From NCBI GenBank assembly GCA_964019425.1, contig OZ025791.1:310001-374000 (forward strand): a DNA stretch of 64,000 nt, written 5' to 3'. The notes under the pieces are model-generated. The model ran no database searches. It saw only the letters and a list, made by a program, of their open reading frames with translations, and had not been told where the DNA came from. Below, piece after piece: positions 23,463 to 37,600 of the stretch; within the stretch, counting starts at the first letter, position 1; each line of letters starts with the position of its first letter. This DNA comes from Flectonema sp. DT1601. Lineage: Eukaryota. The position numbers were made by a program, and so were the translations under genes.

Positions 23463-23865
23463 GGGTACTTTCATCGCATGCGATGAAGAGAATCAAGACT
23501 TTGTTATTACCTTTACAAAAATATATTTGTTGTATCTGATAGGTAATGACCTGACAAACAGAACAACAGTTTTCAAATAATATATAAACCACTAACTACG
23601 ACTTCATCAAAGGTATGTTTCATCGCAAATTATACGACGAAGAAGATTAAACCTGTTACTCTAAGATCAAACCTGTATAAGTTAATATAAAAACTACTCC
23701 ATTCATACTAGAGCAGAAAGATGTTGTAAACTTGTTATTGGCTCGACGAAGAGAATAATCTTTTTTATTCGGAGGCAGGAAAAAATAGAGATACATTTCA
23801 CTGAGCAAGAAAAACACACAGGTAATGATACTGGGTATTTTCATCGAATTTGTACGACGACAAGA
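23463..23865 (-). repeat. Three dispersed copies of a stem-loop motif (+ strand GGTA-N1-2-TTTCATCG-loop-CGAYGA)
   Basis: Copies start at 23463, 23612 and 23833. Confidence 0.7.
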
Positions 23866-26039
23866 CTCGCGAGGCCTCACAAAGGCTCGTATGATGTTGG
23901 ATGGCATAGGCCAGAGAGAAAGCATAATTGTTATAAAATAAAAGGGCAGAAGGCAGAGAGTTGGACAAGCACATACTCACAGCATCAGACGCTGCTGCAA
24001 ATCTGTGAAAGACGTGAAGTAATAACTTCACCGCACGCTAAGGAATGAGTATTACAAGATAAAATAGTACCCAACAAAAAAAACCGGAATAAAATAAAAA
24101 TTAAATGTGAGAGCGCCCACAAGTTACCTCGGAGCTCGGTAGAGATCGGAACTGATTAGGGGGACGCCCTCGAAGGTTTATCTCTGCACAAGTCATGTTC
24201 TTCCGCCTGGCTTCAGGCAGGCGGAATCCATGAAAACTCATACTAGCTAATACACAAAGGCAATAGTACGTTGTATCAATAAAAAATGGAATTGATTTAA
24301 GGTCTGGGGGTAGAAGATCTACTAAGTTGACAACCTGAGAATACAGGCATGTCTCGGTAGGTATGATTGGTCAGATAAAAAAAAAATTTCAGATGTTCTT
24401 CATTAGTTCTTTTCGTTTGCGTGTGCACTAACATTTCAGCGCAATCTGATCTGAGCTGAAAAGCGGGTTAAAGACCGTACGTATCCCTTTACCAGAGTGC
24501 ACAAAGAAACCTTCATAAGAGACGCCAGCAGAATAAAACAGGGAAAACCCCGATGTAAAAGTTTGTCACTTTTATTTTATCTGAACATGTTTAAAGCAAT
24601 TCTGCTTTTTCTTCTTTTCTTATCTGGCTTGGGTTGGCCTGATTGAGGTAACACTAATAACCACAATAAAAATTGGGTTCTCAAATAATATACGGACGGG
24701 TAATAGATATATTGTTTTCAGGTTTAACGACATGTAACTATACTTATATGGATTCCTGATTTGCCTGACTTAAGAAAGACAGTAACACTAAATTGATTCG
24801 AAAAAGAAAAAAAAGAAAAAAAAGTAAAGGCGTCTTCCATTAAAGTTCCAACAGGAAAGGGAGGACAAGAAATTGGTAATGTAGAAAATGCAGTAATTTC
24901 CTTTTTTTCATTTTTTTTTTAAAAAAAAACCAAAAGTACTAAAAACCGGGGAGATTAAACCCCCCCAAGGCCAGAAGTCAGAGCTGTCAATACCTCAAAT
25001 TAAGATTCGACTTTCATCTTCGTTTTCATTTTGAAGAACACTAATAAGCTAAGAAGCCCATCTCGCGCAGGTAATAAGAAATCAGCATACGTTAGAATAG
25101 GTAAATGAAGTGCTAATAAGTGTTAATTCTCTGTCTATAAAGCTTTTTTTTCTTGAAGTTGATCTCCAGAGTTGAAGAATAAACAAGGCACTAAAGAAAT
25201 GAAGAGATCTTATAAACCCTCTTTTTTTTGTTTGTTTGTTTCCCGTTAACACATGCGCGTAAAAAAAATTTTAAAAAAAAAAAAAAAAAAAAAGGAGCCA
25301 GCAAAAATGAATAAAAAGGGGGTGAGAAAGAATGAGTTGGCGGAATCACCCTCACGACCACAATACACCTTAACAAATAAACTGTAATGGGAACAAAAGG
25401 AATAACAGGTACTACCATGAACTTTCCGTGTCATTATCCGTCCTCCTGTTGTGACGCATAACCAGTTATCTATTTAAAGCTGGGAGGGACTACGTGTGAT
25501 TCTTCCTATTACCTTTTCTCGATCTTAATACCGAACAATCTTGTGATCAGTATTCCCATAAAATTGAAAGGTAAGAATCCCATAACACGTTCTCCTTCTC
25601 GCTAATTGTCACTGGCATGCAGACAACAAGACTCCCGTGCGGTGACCGAAGTTGGGTAGCAAGTTTGGGGTAAATATAGAAAATAGGGAAGAACGCTCAC
25701 CTTCTGCGGCCCATCCTTCTGATTTCCCACAAAGAAGTAACATTCAATGGGGAGATGAGAGATGCCACCAACTCAAAATTTTGCAATCGGAGCAGTATTA
25801 CTAAACTAAATAAAACTTTGTATAATTATCTGATATGGAGAACTCGAGGTGAGAATTACCTGAAGTCCATGCACTAGCCCAAGTCAGGAAGCAAGACATG
25901 CAAAAAGTGACCTGCAGAGCAACCTAATCTCAAAAGCCCACATGAGCTAACGACAGGCTGTGTATAAAAAAACAACGAGGACAGACTGGAATATGCTATC
26001 GCTCTGACATCCGGACTAATAAAGTGCATAAAGATATAA

Positions 26040-26496
26040 TCCACGTTTCCCATAAACGCGCTTCGGCTGATGTAACCGAAACGCAAAAGCGACGGGAAGA
26101 GTGCAGCTACCTGAGCCAGTTTAGGGGTGTGTCTACTTAAAAGTACGTGGACAGACAAGTCCAACTGTCGCGCAACAACGGCGCGGTGACATATCTGTTG
26201 CACCCATTTACCACAACCCAACGGCTCGGGCAAGTCAACCACGAGACTAGTTGAAAGACTCAACGGTGACTTAATTTAACCAGAAAAACACACCATCGGA
26301 AATGCATTTTCCATAACCCATGACAGTGCAATTAAAATGACGCGACAAGATGATCAAGCAATAAGCCGACCAAAAGGTAGCAAAAGACACGCATTTTCCA
26401 CGATCTGTGCAACTAGTCGTGTAACCGAAAGGCGTGAATGAGATCATCCGCAAATTCCCAGCAAACTATTGCTGGACTGCGTCATTTTTCACTGCC
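26040..26496 (-). ncRNA. Candidate structured non-coding RNA module of unknown family
   Basis: Nested helices 26322-28/26490-96, 26334-43/26479-88, 26348-55/26442-49, 26388-92/26432-36 and 26399-403/26417-21. Hairpins 26458-26475, 26232-26272 and 26058-26084. Most wobble pairs work only on the minus strand. Confidence 0.45.
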
Positions 26497-29400
26497 GTAG
26501 AATAATTAAAAAAAAAAAAACAAATAACCTAATAGACATTTACATATAAATATTAATTACTCATTTGTTTAATGATATAAACATCGAATAAAATGATAGA
26601 TAAAAGCGAAAAAGAGAACAAAATAAATATAAAACCTACGCAGATGACTAAGAATAAATTGCATAAGTAAAGGAAAAGAGGTAATCACGAATAGAGAAGG
26701 TGTTTACCACTCCCCTCGACGAAACCTTTAAAGGATGTTAGTTAGCACTGGTTTCAAAACGTGTTAAAAAATTAGGGGGGAAGAAAAAAAAACCAAAAAA
26801 GAAATATGAAGTGGGGGATTATGTCTTTCCCCGCTTCACTGTTTCTCTTGTGTGAAAAATAATTGATTTTGTTTTTGCATGAAATTGAATTTACAAAAAA
26901 AAAGAAGTAATTGAGCACAAAAATGAATAGCTCAAAAAATCTTGACGCCGATAACAACGTAAAAAGTATGCTATAAGTTATACCGTGATACAATAAATCA
27001 AACAACAATAAAAAAGGATGGAAACTGATTAACAAAAAATGAGTAAGGGTATTTTTTTTTTTTTTGATTCTTCAACCATTCCCATAACAGGGTGAGGCCT
27101 CCGAAAAATAAAAAGAATCCCTAAAGAAGTAACATGTATGATTCTCATACAAAAAAATACAGTAATTAAATGTAGGAAAGGGAAATAATTTAGAAATTGA
27201 AATGAAGACCAACTGATGGATTGATAAAAGTTTTTTTCTTTTCTTTTCTTTTTTTTTTTGTTCCCGTGACTAGTTCAAATTGCAAGCAACACTCGCAGAA
27301 ACTGTTTCTTAAGAACAAACGTGTCGATAGGTTTCTCATCAAAATCCCAAAAAGAATACCATCCAATGATATAATGGTCTGAGTAAACCACACAGGGATG
27401 TCTTTCCTGACTAATGATCAAACAGCTTTGATGTAGAACAAGTTTTTTTATAAAGCAAAAAAAAATAAAAAATAACAATAAGGGTAAAAAGAGAATAGAA
27501 AGACCAGCAAATATTCTTGCTATGTTGTGACAAGAAGTTTGCAACGTCAACTAGGGTAGCCAAGAACTCTGTTCTCATGACCAATCCCCGTCTGATGTGT
27601 GTAGTCTTCACTAGACCCCCTTCTACCTATTTGATTTCCGCAAGCAGAGGAACAAAAATTGATCATGCGGACACAATATCCTGCTTTGTTTGCATGGTGT
27701 CTAATATTTTTTGGAGCACACAAACCTAAACAGTACAATATGCCATTAAATTATTCAGCCTTCGGGGGCAATGTTTTTTTCTTTTTTTTTTTGGGGTTGT
27801 AATTAATTTTCCAGTATCGGACATTTGAGTCCCAACTTCGGTGTTAAAAATTTCTTTTTCTTCGACCAATCTATTTAAGATTTAAGAGAGACAGCTAATG
27901 ACTACTGACAACAGTCAACGCAGTATTGATATTTTTTGATAAAAGCTGTTCAAATATTTAAAAAAAAAAAATAAAATAAAATAAAATAAACGTTTGCGAA
28001 GCAGCAAGATCGGAAACTTTTTTCTTAATAAGGCCAATAAATAGAAACAAAACAGTACACCAATCGGCATGATGATATGCTGGATCTCTTGCTCTAGAGA
28101 GATAGCAGAGAACAGATTCGTAAAGTTTTTTTCGATTACCAACAATGATCTCGGATAATTTTCATGTACTAGCAAGACTCCCAATAAAATGAGAGCAACC
28201 GTGTTTTATAAATGATCCGCAGCTTATCTAGAGCAGCCAAATTTGCGTTAAAATGAATAGATTTTAAACATAAAGTTTTAACATAATCTCCTGCATAAAT
28301 CGTTAGCAGATAGGTTGCCCCTCTTACCAGTTGTCAACACTTAGGAATTGGGAAAACAATGGGAAGATATTCGCTTTTATCTTTTTTTTTTTCGTGTTGA
28401 AATTTAGGGTCAAGGGAAAAACAGGAATAAAAAATAAAAAAAAAAGTTGGCAGTTTTCGATGTAAATTCAAATCAACAAATGTTGCCGATGATAGTTGAC
28501 GAGCCAAACTGAGAGACCAGGGATGAGCGGGGGTAAAACAAGGCTACAAAAGTACATAAACTTCGGCATCTGAAGGGAAGGAAGGAAATTGGAGAACAAC
28601 AGAAGCTAAATTACGATCACATCAACACCATAAACGATACTAAAGGAAGTACAAGGAAATGGACACATCCAAGGGAATAAAATAAACGATAAAAAACAAG
28701 TAACAACTACACCGACAACCTAATCATATTTTTCTTTTTAAATACCTGGGTCTTTTGCAACTTCACTTAGGTTTTGGGCCCCAGCAAAAACTGAGACTAT
28801 AAGCACCTAAGATTTGATCGCAGCCTCGGTAGGCAAGGATTAGGAAAAAAGAACTGAAAAGAAAAATAAAATGAGTACCCACGCGTGTTCTGCGTGGGTC
28901 TTTTGCCGTAGGATGGACAGCTCTCCCCACCAAAAAAAAAGGGGGGAAAAAAGAAACATAAAAAACAACTACGAAAAAGGAACAGGAGAAATAACCAATG
29001 CCGAGCAACGTGCGAAACAGGTATTGATCTTATCATAATTATTATTATTTCTATTTTTTTTTTTTTTTGTTGTAAAATTACATCGAATGCTCACTATCGA
29101 CACGAAGTATTTTTAATGCTGATTTTTCTCAAAAAAAATCGACATAATCCTTTAGACGTGCGGGAAGATAAGATGAACAACAAAACGGAAGCAGTTAGAT
29201 ATTTACTCACAATTACGTACAACGTCAGCTCACAAATAGAAAACCATCTGTCATTAAGAACATATCATTTCTAATAAATTAACTACAAGAAGATAGAAAT
29301 GGGCTTACACAAGATGTCATCGATAGGAAATTGCAAGCATAACTTAATGCACTCTCACCAGCAGAAAACGTTGACTTTTTCGCAGCTAACGACCGCCAGG

Positions 29401-31591
29401 ACCGGCATGCATAAAACAAACAGACAGCTAGGTATTAGAGAATGTACTGTCCATTGAGGCAAGGGAACTGTGGGAAATAGGAAACTTGCGTATTTGGCTA
29501 GATTATTATCACCAAGTCTGTGTCTTCCCCGAAACACACGTTTATTTCTGTTATAAAACAAGTCACAACACTATCAGTACTGAATAACCCGAAGGAAGAC
29601 AGAATGAACAGGCAATCTCACCCATCCCAACTATGTAGGATTCACCACCTGTATGTTACGGGATTCAATATTCAAGTATTCGTAAAGCTATAAAACAGTA
29701 AGTATCGAATAGACATAGAGAAGGGAGGAACTGCCACAATATAATAATTGAATTGCAGAAAAAATTAGAGGATTCCCTCCCCGATTATGGTTAGCAGTAA
29801 TATAAGAGCAAAAAAAAGAAAAAACTACAAGCAATAAAAAACTCGACATAAAAACAGCAAATAAAAAGCAGCCAGACTAAATTATCAAAGACAGGTTACA
29901 GATAACTACATCCGACATAATAAATTACGACCGCCATAATGAAGTGATCCGATGTAGTAATTAAAGGGTTAGAGGAGCTACACTTCAACGGTCAATGATC
30001 CGTGTTTTAAAAGGAACTCGGGTGGTCATTCTTTTGTATAATTTAACACCAAATATAAAACTGTTTATAACAAGTGACTCTGTCCTTAAGACTGTTAAGT
30101 AACCACTTCCCGCCTCTTGGTACTCTTAACAGCCAGAAAGAGACCACAAGCAAAACTAAATTAAAAAAAAGATTAATTCATCGACGATACTCTTGAGTTG
30201 TCGATATACGCACGTCTCGAAGCAAGGCAATCACGGCAGCTAGCAATATGTGAATTACGAACGACACAGAAAACAAATGAATAAAAGACAAAGTAAATTT
30301 TTTGTAGGAGTAAATTAGGAAGTTAGGAGAAAGGCTTTTTTTTTTTTTAGCCCAGACTCGGAATTATTTAGATCATCTTTACAAAAACAGGGTTCTAACT
30401 AATCTCTAATCGGTGCAGACAGCATTCAGAGTGACTATGCGATATCCGTAAAGGAAATTCCATTAGAAGATCATTGTGAGGAGGGAATACTAATTCTTAT
30501 TTCGTAAATTGGTTAAACAATAGTTCATAGTTAGAGACCATGTAGTAGGGATGTACAACAACATAGTTCTTACAACTCAATTACAAAAGACCGAGTCAGA
30601 CTGCACTAAAGCCGCAATCACAAGCTGGGGGCTTGGACAACGAACACGACAATATTAAAAAAAACATTCACACATAAAACGTATAAAAATAACTTTTAGT
30701 TAGTTATTTCTTTTTTTAAAAATCAGTTGTTAAATATTCTTTTTTTTTTTTCATCGAACCGAAGGTATATTGAGGAAACCCTTTTTTTCTTTATTTTTTT
30801 TTCCACGATTTTCTTTTTTAAAAATTTTAATTCTTTTTTTTTATTTTTTTGGGAAAGATAAAAGGAAAAAAAAAAAAAAAAAAAAAAGTAGGTCATCTAC
30901 ATAAGAGTGATAAACAAAATCAGGAAACTTGATACCTTTCTCACTCGTTTGTTGGAAAAACCCCATCAAAAATATGTAAAATCCTGACAACAGAGAAGGG
31001 ACAAAATCTGGGGAAAAAAAAAGCCAACAAAAAACAGTAAAAAAAACTTACTTGGAGGGATGTTCCCTCCCACATGTTTAATAATACTGCGAAAAAGCAA
31101 AAACGTTTTGTGGGTGTTCGTAAAGGGTTTTCTGATTTCTGACTAACAGCGTCAAGCCCTATGCAAGTGATTCTTTAACCCCATTATACCTCACCCTCAA
31201 GAATTACCGAACAAGATTAAAGACTCAATTAAATATTTGTTCTTTTATTTAAAATAATAAAAATGAAAGAAAACAGATGGTAGTGGCACTGGGGAAAGCC
31301 ATTGTTAAGAACGTTTTTTTTTTTTTAAAAGGTTAAGTAAAACCAAATAGGACTAAAGATCTATTACTACTATTATCCAACTGTAGGCAGTTAAATTAAT
31401 TGTAAACCACCCCCCAATGCCACTTCACTCCAGATAGTTGTTTTTTTTTTTCCCTTTCTTTTTATCTCCAGATGCTTTCAATCATCTGAATTCATTCGAG
31501 GCAACGAATAGAAAGCGGCTGTTGCTTTTTTTAAGTGTGCTGCACAGGTACTGATGAAAGCAACTAATGTTAGTAAAATTTAAAAAAAAAA

Positions 31592-31600
<9 letters not shown>

Positions 31601-31622
<22 letters not shown>
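31601..31622. repeat. (GA)11 microsatellite following a poly-A run
   Basis: Directly visible. Confidence 0.9.
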
Positions 31623-34600
31623 TAAACCAAAGGCAAGATTCTTGTCTTTCGTTGGTTTAACTCCCTTTGAAGAAATAACCGATTGTGGGCAAGAGGGCAG
31701 GAGGCAATCAACTGATCAAATAAAGCGATTTCCGTTGTCGCAAAGTGTCACAATTACAAAGCCACCACCCATTCCAAAGACACAAAAAAAAAAAAAAAAA
31801 AAAAAGGTGTCTCACACTCTGTTATTCCTAACTGAATTTGTTCAACGATAGAAGGCAATAAGGTGTTGTTAAATAAAATGTTCTTCTTTCCACATCAGTT
31901 GACCAACGCTTATTTATGTTGTAAATGTCTCGTATAAGCAAAGCAAAGTCGCAACTAACACGTTACTTATAGAAAATAACTACCCATCATAATTCATACA
32001 ACTGCAGGAGAACATTTAGAAAAGATAAAATATTAAAGCAACCTATTACTTAGCGTTCAGTGCCTTGATCCCTTTTGAAGGAGTCAATTCGTTAAAAAGA
32101 AGTCATGTTCCCTTTTGGGAAGGAAGCTAGGAAGTTGAATTTGCTCGATGAATAAAAGTAATTATTCACGCAAATAAGACTACATGCTTGCACCTTTTTT
32201 GAGGTAACAATATTCACGAATTTACACTTAGAAAGCAAAAAAAAAAAAAAAAAAAATAAAAACAACAAGAAGAACACCACATTAATTATCTCATTGACCA
32301 GGCGTGTAGAGAAACTGTATTCCAGGTCTGAAAAGAACAATTGGCGTACTCAGAAAAAAAATGGACTAAAGGCTTCTGAATGAGTTTAGCAACTTTAAAT
32401 TTCTTTGAAAAAACCTTCAACACTTCTTTGTACCGATGGTAGTCGGTGAACAAACTATTCATTAAGATTGAAAAGCCGATGTTTTTTATGGTCATTTCCC
32501 ACGTCTGCTGCTCAACAAAAGGATAATCTGAATGGCTCTTTCAAAGAGAAATAATGCTTTTCTTTTTTTTTGGGCTCTGGGATAAGACGAGAAAAATACT
32601 CAACGAGAAGTACCTCTCTGCAAAGGTGTCTGCGCTGAGCGATTCTGAGTAGGGTGAGAAAAGTGAGCTATTTATGACGATGAGCTGAGGAAAAAAAGAG
32701 CTCCCATTCCATGAAGTGTTTTATCGACTCACCTTTGTCACCACTACTAGAAGACTTTATTTTCTCTATTTATTTTTTTTTTTTGTTCCACGTTTCCGCT
32801 GACATGCAAATGTAAAACAGTACTAACCTGGTTTGGCTAGGTATTGTCACTACATTCACTACGTTTATCTTGTATGGTTTAGTTTTTGCTCGCCTCATGG
32901 CTCGGTTAGCGATTGTGTGCTGCCGAAGTGCAAGTTTCCGACTGTTCATTCGTGTTCCTATTCTTTCAAAAAATGAAACAAAAAAAGAACAAAGAACGTC
33001 AAAAAACACTTGCTTGAAGGATTTTTTGTTTGATTGAGTTCAGAAGCAATGGTGCAAACCGTATGTCATTGAAAAAGAAATGAAAACACCATCTCAAACG
33101 TTTCTCGACTCAGTCTTTCGGTTAAAATATAATATAAATTATCATAAACCTTCGTTTCAGAATCAGATCTAAAGAACTTGAGTTGACGCAATTGAAGGCG
33201 ACGTGGAAATATTCCTACTTATCTTGTTTGACAAAAAAAAAGAAAAACAACAACAACAACAAATACAAATAAAAGAACGACAGTAATAACAAAAATAAAT
33301 AAATCGAGAAAAAGAAGAAGAAAAAAAAACAGAAAAGCAGCAACAATTTTAAGGAAGATGTAAAACGCGAGAGTTTTTGTATAGTATTTTCTCTCTTGAA
33401 AAAAAAGTAAAACAAATAAAATAAATAAATAAAAGAGTGATACCTCCAAGTTGACACGGGAGCGGGACCATTGCGTGTCCTCAGAGTTCACAAAATTGTG
33501 CGTCAGATTCGCATTTTTATCTATCTAGCAAGAGTTACCTTCATTAGACATTTGAGAACGGAAAAAGTAACTTCAGAGGGCAACTCTGAAGATGTTTTGT
33601 TACGCTAGGAAGACAAATTTTCGTAACTAAACAAAAAAAAACCAAATAATTTCGTGAAAGTTGTCGCAAAATTAAGAAAGAATTTTGTCCTTCTTAAGAG
33701 CAGAGATGCGGCTAGCACCCCTAATTTCTCACTTTTTACTCTTTATACTCATTGCAAGAAATTTTTTTTTATTTTTATTTTTAATCGAAATAAAAAGTAA
33801 AAATACATTTTTTTAGTTCATTTATTTTTCTTTTTGAAAAAAAAATAAAAAAAACATAAAAATGCGATTAGGGGAAGGCGAACTATTTAAGATAGGAGGG
33901 TGAAAATAAGTGAACAAAAAAAAAAAGAAAATGCATTGCAGGGATGTTTTATTTTTCGCATAATCTACAACAACACTGGTGTAGATTCATGCACATCAGT
34001 AAGCTTGCAACACAGTAAAACACCTCTTAACAATAACGTAATACCAAGACTCGAATGCAAGGTGCTTTTTATGTAGTGCACATATAAACAAAGATACGTA
34101 CTTGACTGAAATTTATCTTTCTAAAACATAGTAAGACACTGAATAAGGCATCAAAGTGATTATTATTTTCATAACAGAAGTGAATTACAATTTATTAATC
34201 CAGTTTAGGATATAAAGCTACAATAATCAAGTTAACTTACCATAATTACAGCGTAGGCTTAGTGACAAAAAAGAAATATATAAATACATATAAAAAAACA
34301 CAATCTCCAGGCAGCGTATTATCATTGTAGGACTGAAGGACCACCGGGGAAAACAAACTCTCTACCAACAACAGCATAGCAACAACCTCTAATCAATACA
34401 GATTACGACATAGTTGGAGAAGCTTTTTTTTTTTTTTTTTTTTGAATTTTTCAGAAGAGGATTTATTTAACATAAGGATAAGATTATTATTTTTATAATT
34501 TATTTTTTTGTTTGTTTGCTTAAGAGTGTTTTCAATTTATTTGTATAAAGTGATAAACACTGAAGCTCCATAACTACTACAAAATGATTCTTCTTAAAGA

Positions 34601-37600
34601 TGTTTTAAAAAAAAGTGACATGTAGTTTCTGAGAAAAAGGATTAGTATTTGCTACCTTGTGGCAACAAAAGCAATTGTCGCAAAAAAAAAAAAAAAAAAA
34701 CAATATATAATAATGTAATAAAGGTACTTTTTTTAGTTAAGATATTACTAAGACGTGATAAAGACATTGCTTATTTTTTTGCACAGGTCAGACACAAACA
34801 GTCTATGCCATAGAGAGGGAACATGCACCATTGCTTTAGCTGAACAAAAAGCGGAGTACAACGTCGCAACAAGGTGAAGGTAAACAGAACAGACCATAGT
34901 CATTTAGCACTGAACTAGAATCTGAATGCTAAGTAACAGTTAGATCGCTACCAGCCAAGAATAACAATTATTCCTTGGAAGGGATTTTTTCCCCAAGGTA
35001 CTTGCGATTACTTTAAGCACCAATGAGTGATAACCATCTGTCAATGGAATAAATTTACTAAGTACGGCACGCTATTCAGACACTGACAAAAAATGAGTCA
35101 CGTGTCGCACAATTAAGTGGCTAGGATCGTGAAGCCGACATGAGTGTAGGTTGTGTAACCTCTTCAGTCAAAAGTCTCGACTTTCACCACAGCCACTTTG
35201 TCTCACGAGGATAGAAGTATAAGAAGATGGTACAGGTGCAAAAGGAGCAAGCTATATGTGCGCATTTACGTTGATATTGTGCTGAAGCACAAACACAAAC
35301 ATACACGCAATGCTACAATATCAACTATTTGAAAAACTTGAATCAACATAAAATAAAACAAAGGCTACCGTGAAAGTAGGTAACTCACAGCGGGAAACCT
35401 ATCCCTTCCCCATATAAAAAGGTGGGGTGTCAAATTGCAACACAAACAAGAATTGGACGATTAGAATGAATTCGAGGTTTTAAGAGAAGTTAGTTAGTTA
35501 GTTAGTAGAGAAAAGGATAGAAGATGAATGAAAATAGCAAATTAAATAAAAGCACGAACGTTTTGTACCTCCTGTCGTTCTCCGGTTTTAGTAATCGGAA
35601 AAAACTGTGTTCATGTTTAATTTTAAATTTGCTATCACGTTTTAATGATGTATACGTAGAAGGTCTCAAGGAGTCGATCTGACATAAGGATCGTAATTAT
35701 TGTATTAGTGGCCGCTCCCAATACATCGTGAGCAGCATTTCTATGGTACCAGAGAAGCTAGAAGGTAATGAATCACTAGGGACTCACATTCAGAGATAGA
35801 AAAAGGAGATGTAGGAATAAGGATACATAATTGATTGTGCGAATGGAGTTCAGGCCAACCTCCGCACAGTATTTTAGTTAGCTAAAACTAATCAACGTAC
35901 GGGTTCATTATTATTATTTTTTTTATTAAAAGCAACAGAGAGCTAGCAACTATTTATTTTTCTTTTTTTTCTTTTTCAGCTGTAAGCTTCGGGATGCACA
36001 CTAGACTCTTTTGACTAAATTGTTGTTTTATTTATTGTGCGTAACCGCTACTGGATACGCATTAAAAAGTTGCAAGAAAGTATATTATGGATGAGTTCTT
36101 GTTACAATTGTGCGATGCGATAAGATAACCATCCATTCCGCTCGACTTACTAGAAAAAACAGAAAAGTGAGGTAAATGGCATTATGCACAGAACGCCTTC
36201 GGCGCGTGTGGTCAATACCATTGTTAGCAGTATTTAACCAACCGGGTGGTAACAGAAAGTGTATTATAAACAAATGCAAGATATGAGAACAATCCTGCTC
36301 AATTTCTTTGAGAAAAACACACACAAAAATATTCCTGTGTGAGTACAAAGAACCATAGACTATACCTTTTTTATGATTCAGTTCTTTTAGTTTTAAATAA
36401 CAGTGGCTGAAGGATACTTATTTTCAATGGCAAACTATACACGAGCTGCGATATCTATCTCAAAGAGGATCAAAAGGAAAGACGAATTGCTACACAAATT
36501 GAACTTTAAAATCACCCAGCAGGGTGGAAGAAATTTTCTCTTTTAGTGCGAGCAAAGCTTACAAAACTCTAAGGGTAAGGCACAAATAAATAATAAAAAA
36601 GCAACAGTAGCTATCTAACGGAGTTGCCCCCCGCATTGGTATTAAATCTTAGAAGACCAAAATATAGGCAACGCTCCGTGAGTTCAATCCAGACTGGATT
36701 TTTTATCAGCTTGAAATTTGAGTGCTCACCTTCGAAATGTTAAGCTTTCTAGACTGAAGTGATGTAGACAACTTCGCGTCTTGTTAGACACGAATAGCCT
36801 ACGTCGTGCTGCACATAAATCGAGATCGACTCTATTCGGTTAAGCAGTTTTTTTACATTTGTTCGTGCCTCTCAGAAATAGGAAAGCAATGAACAGTGAC
36901 GTTAAATTGACAAGAATAGTTGACTTTTTTTTTCCCCTATTGTTGCGTTTGTTGAGGTGACGTCAGTAAAACAGAAAACGAATCTCTACTTTTGAATGTT
37001 GCACATCAACAGATTTTGGTGTCAATTTCTTTTGTTTGATTAAAAAAGGTTTTTTTCCCGCCTAATATACTCGAAGGTAACCTCAGACGGAAGACCAACT
37101 GCTTTATATATTTTGAGAGGTGGTAATAGACTTTATAACTTATCTATATTTGTTTTTAAAAACCTTTTTTTTTTATAATTTCTTTTTACGTTTTTTTTTT
37201 GGAGGGAACCATCAACACTACCGTCATGAAGAAATAATCTTTTTTAAAACCATGAATGCCGGTGCGTTAATTTTGATTGCGTGCCATCGGTAACAATTGA
37301 ATAGCACTATTTCAAGGAGGAAGGAAGCACATAATACATTTCCTTCTCACATGAATATTGGGTACAGACACTTACCATCAATAGCAATTTTTTTTGTTTT
37401 GTTTTAAAAGTAACTATGTTTGTTTTACAAAAAAAAAAAAAGAAAAGTATTATTGATTTTTTTAGCTATCGACATGTGATCTATCACCACGTCAAGTAAG
37501 TAATCTATTCCTTACTATGAATACTGGGCGTGGTAGATCTAAAGTAAGAGTCAATGTTAAGTAATCACCTATAACAGAACATATAAAATAGATGAAATAC

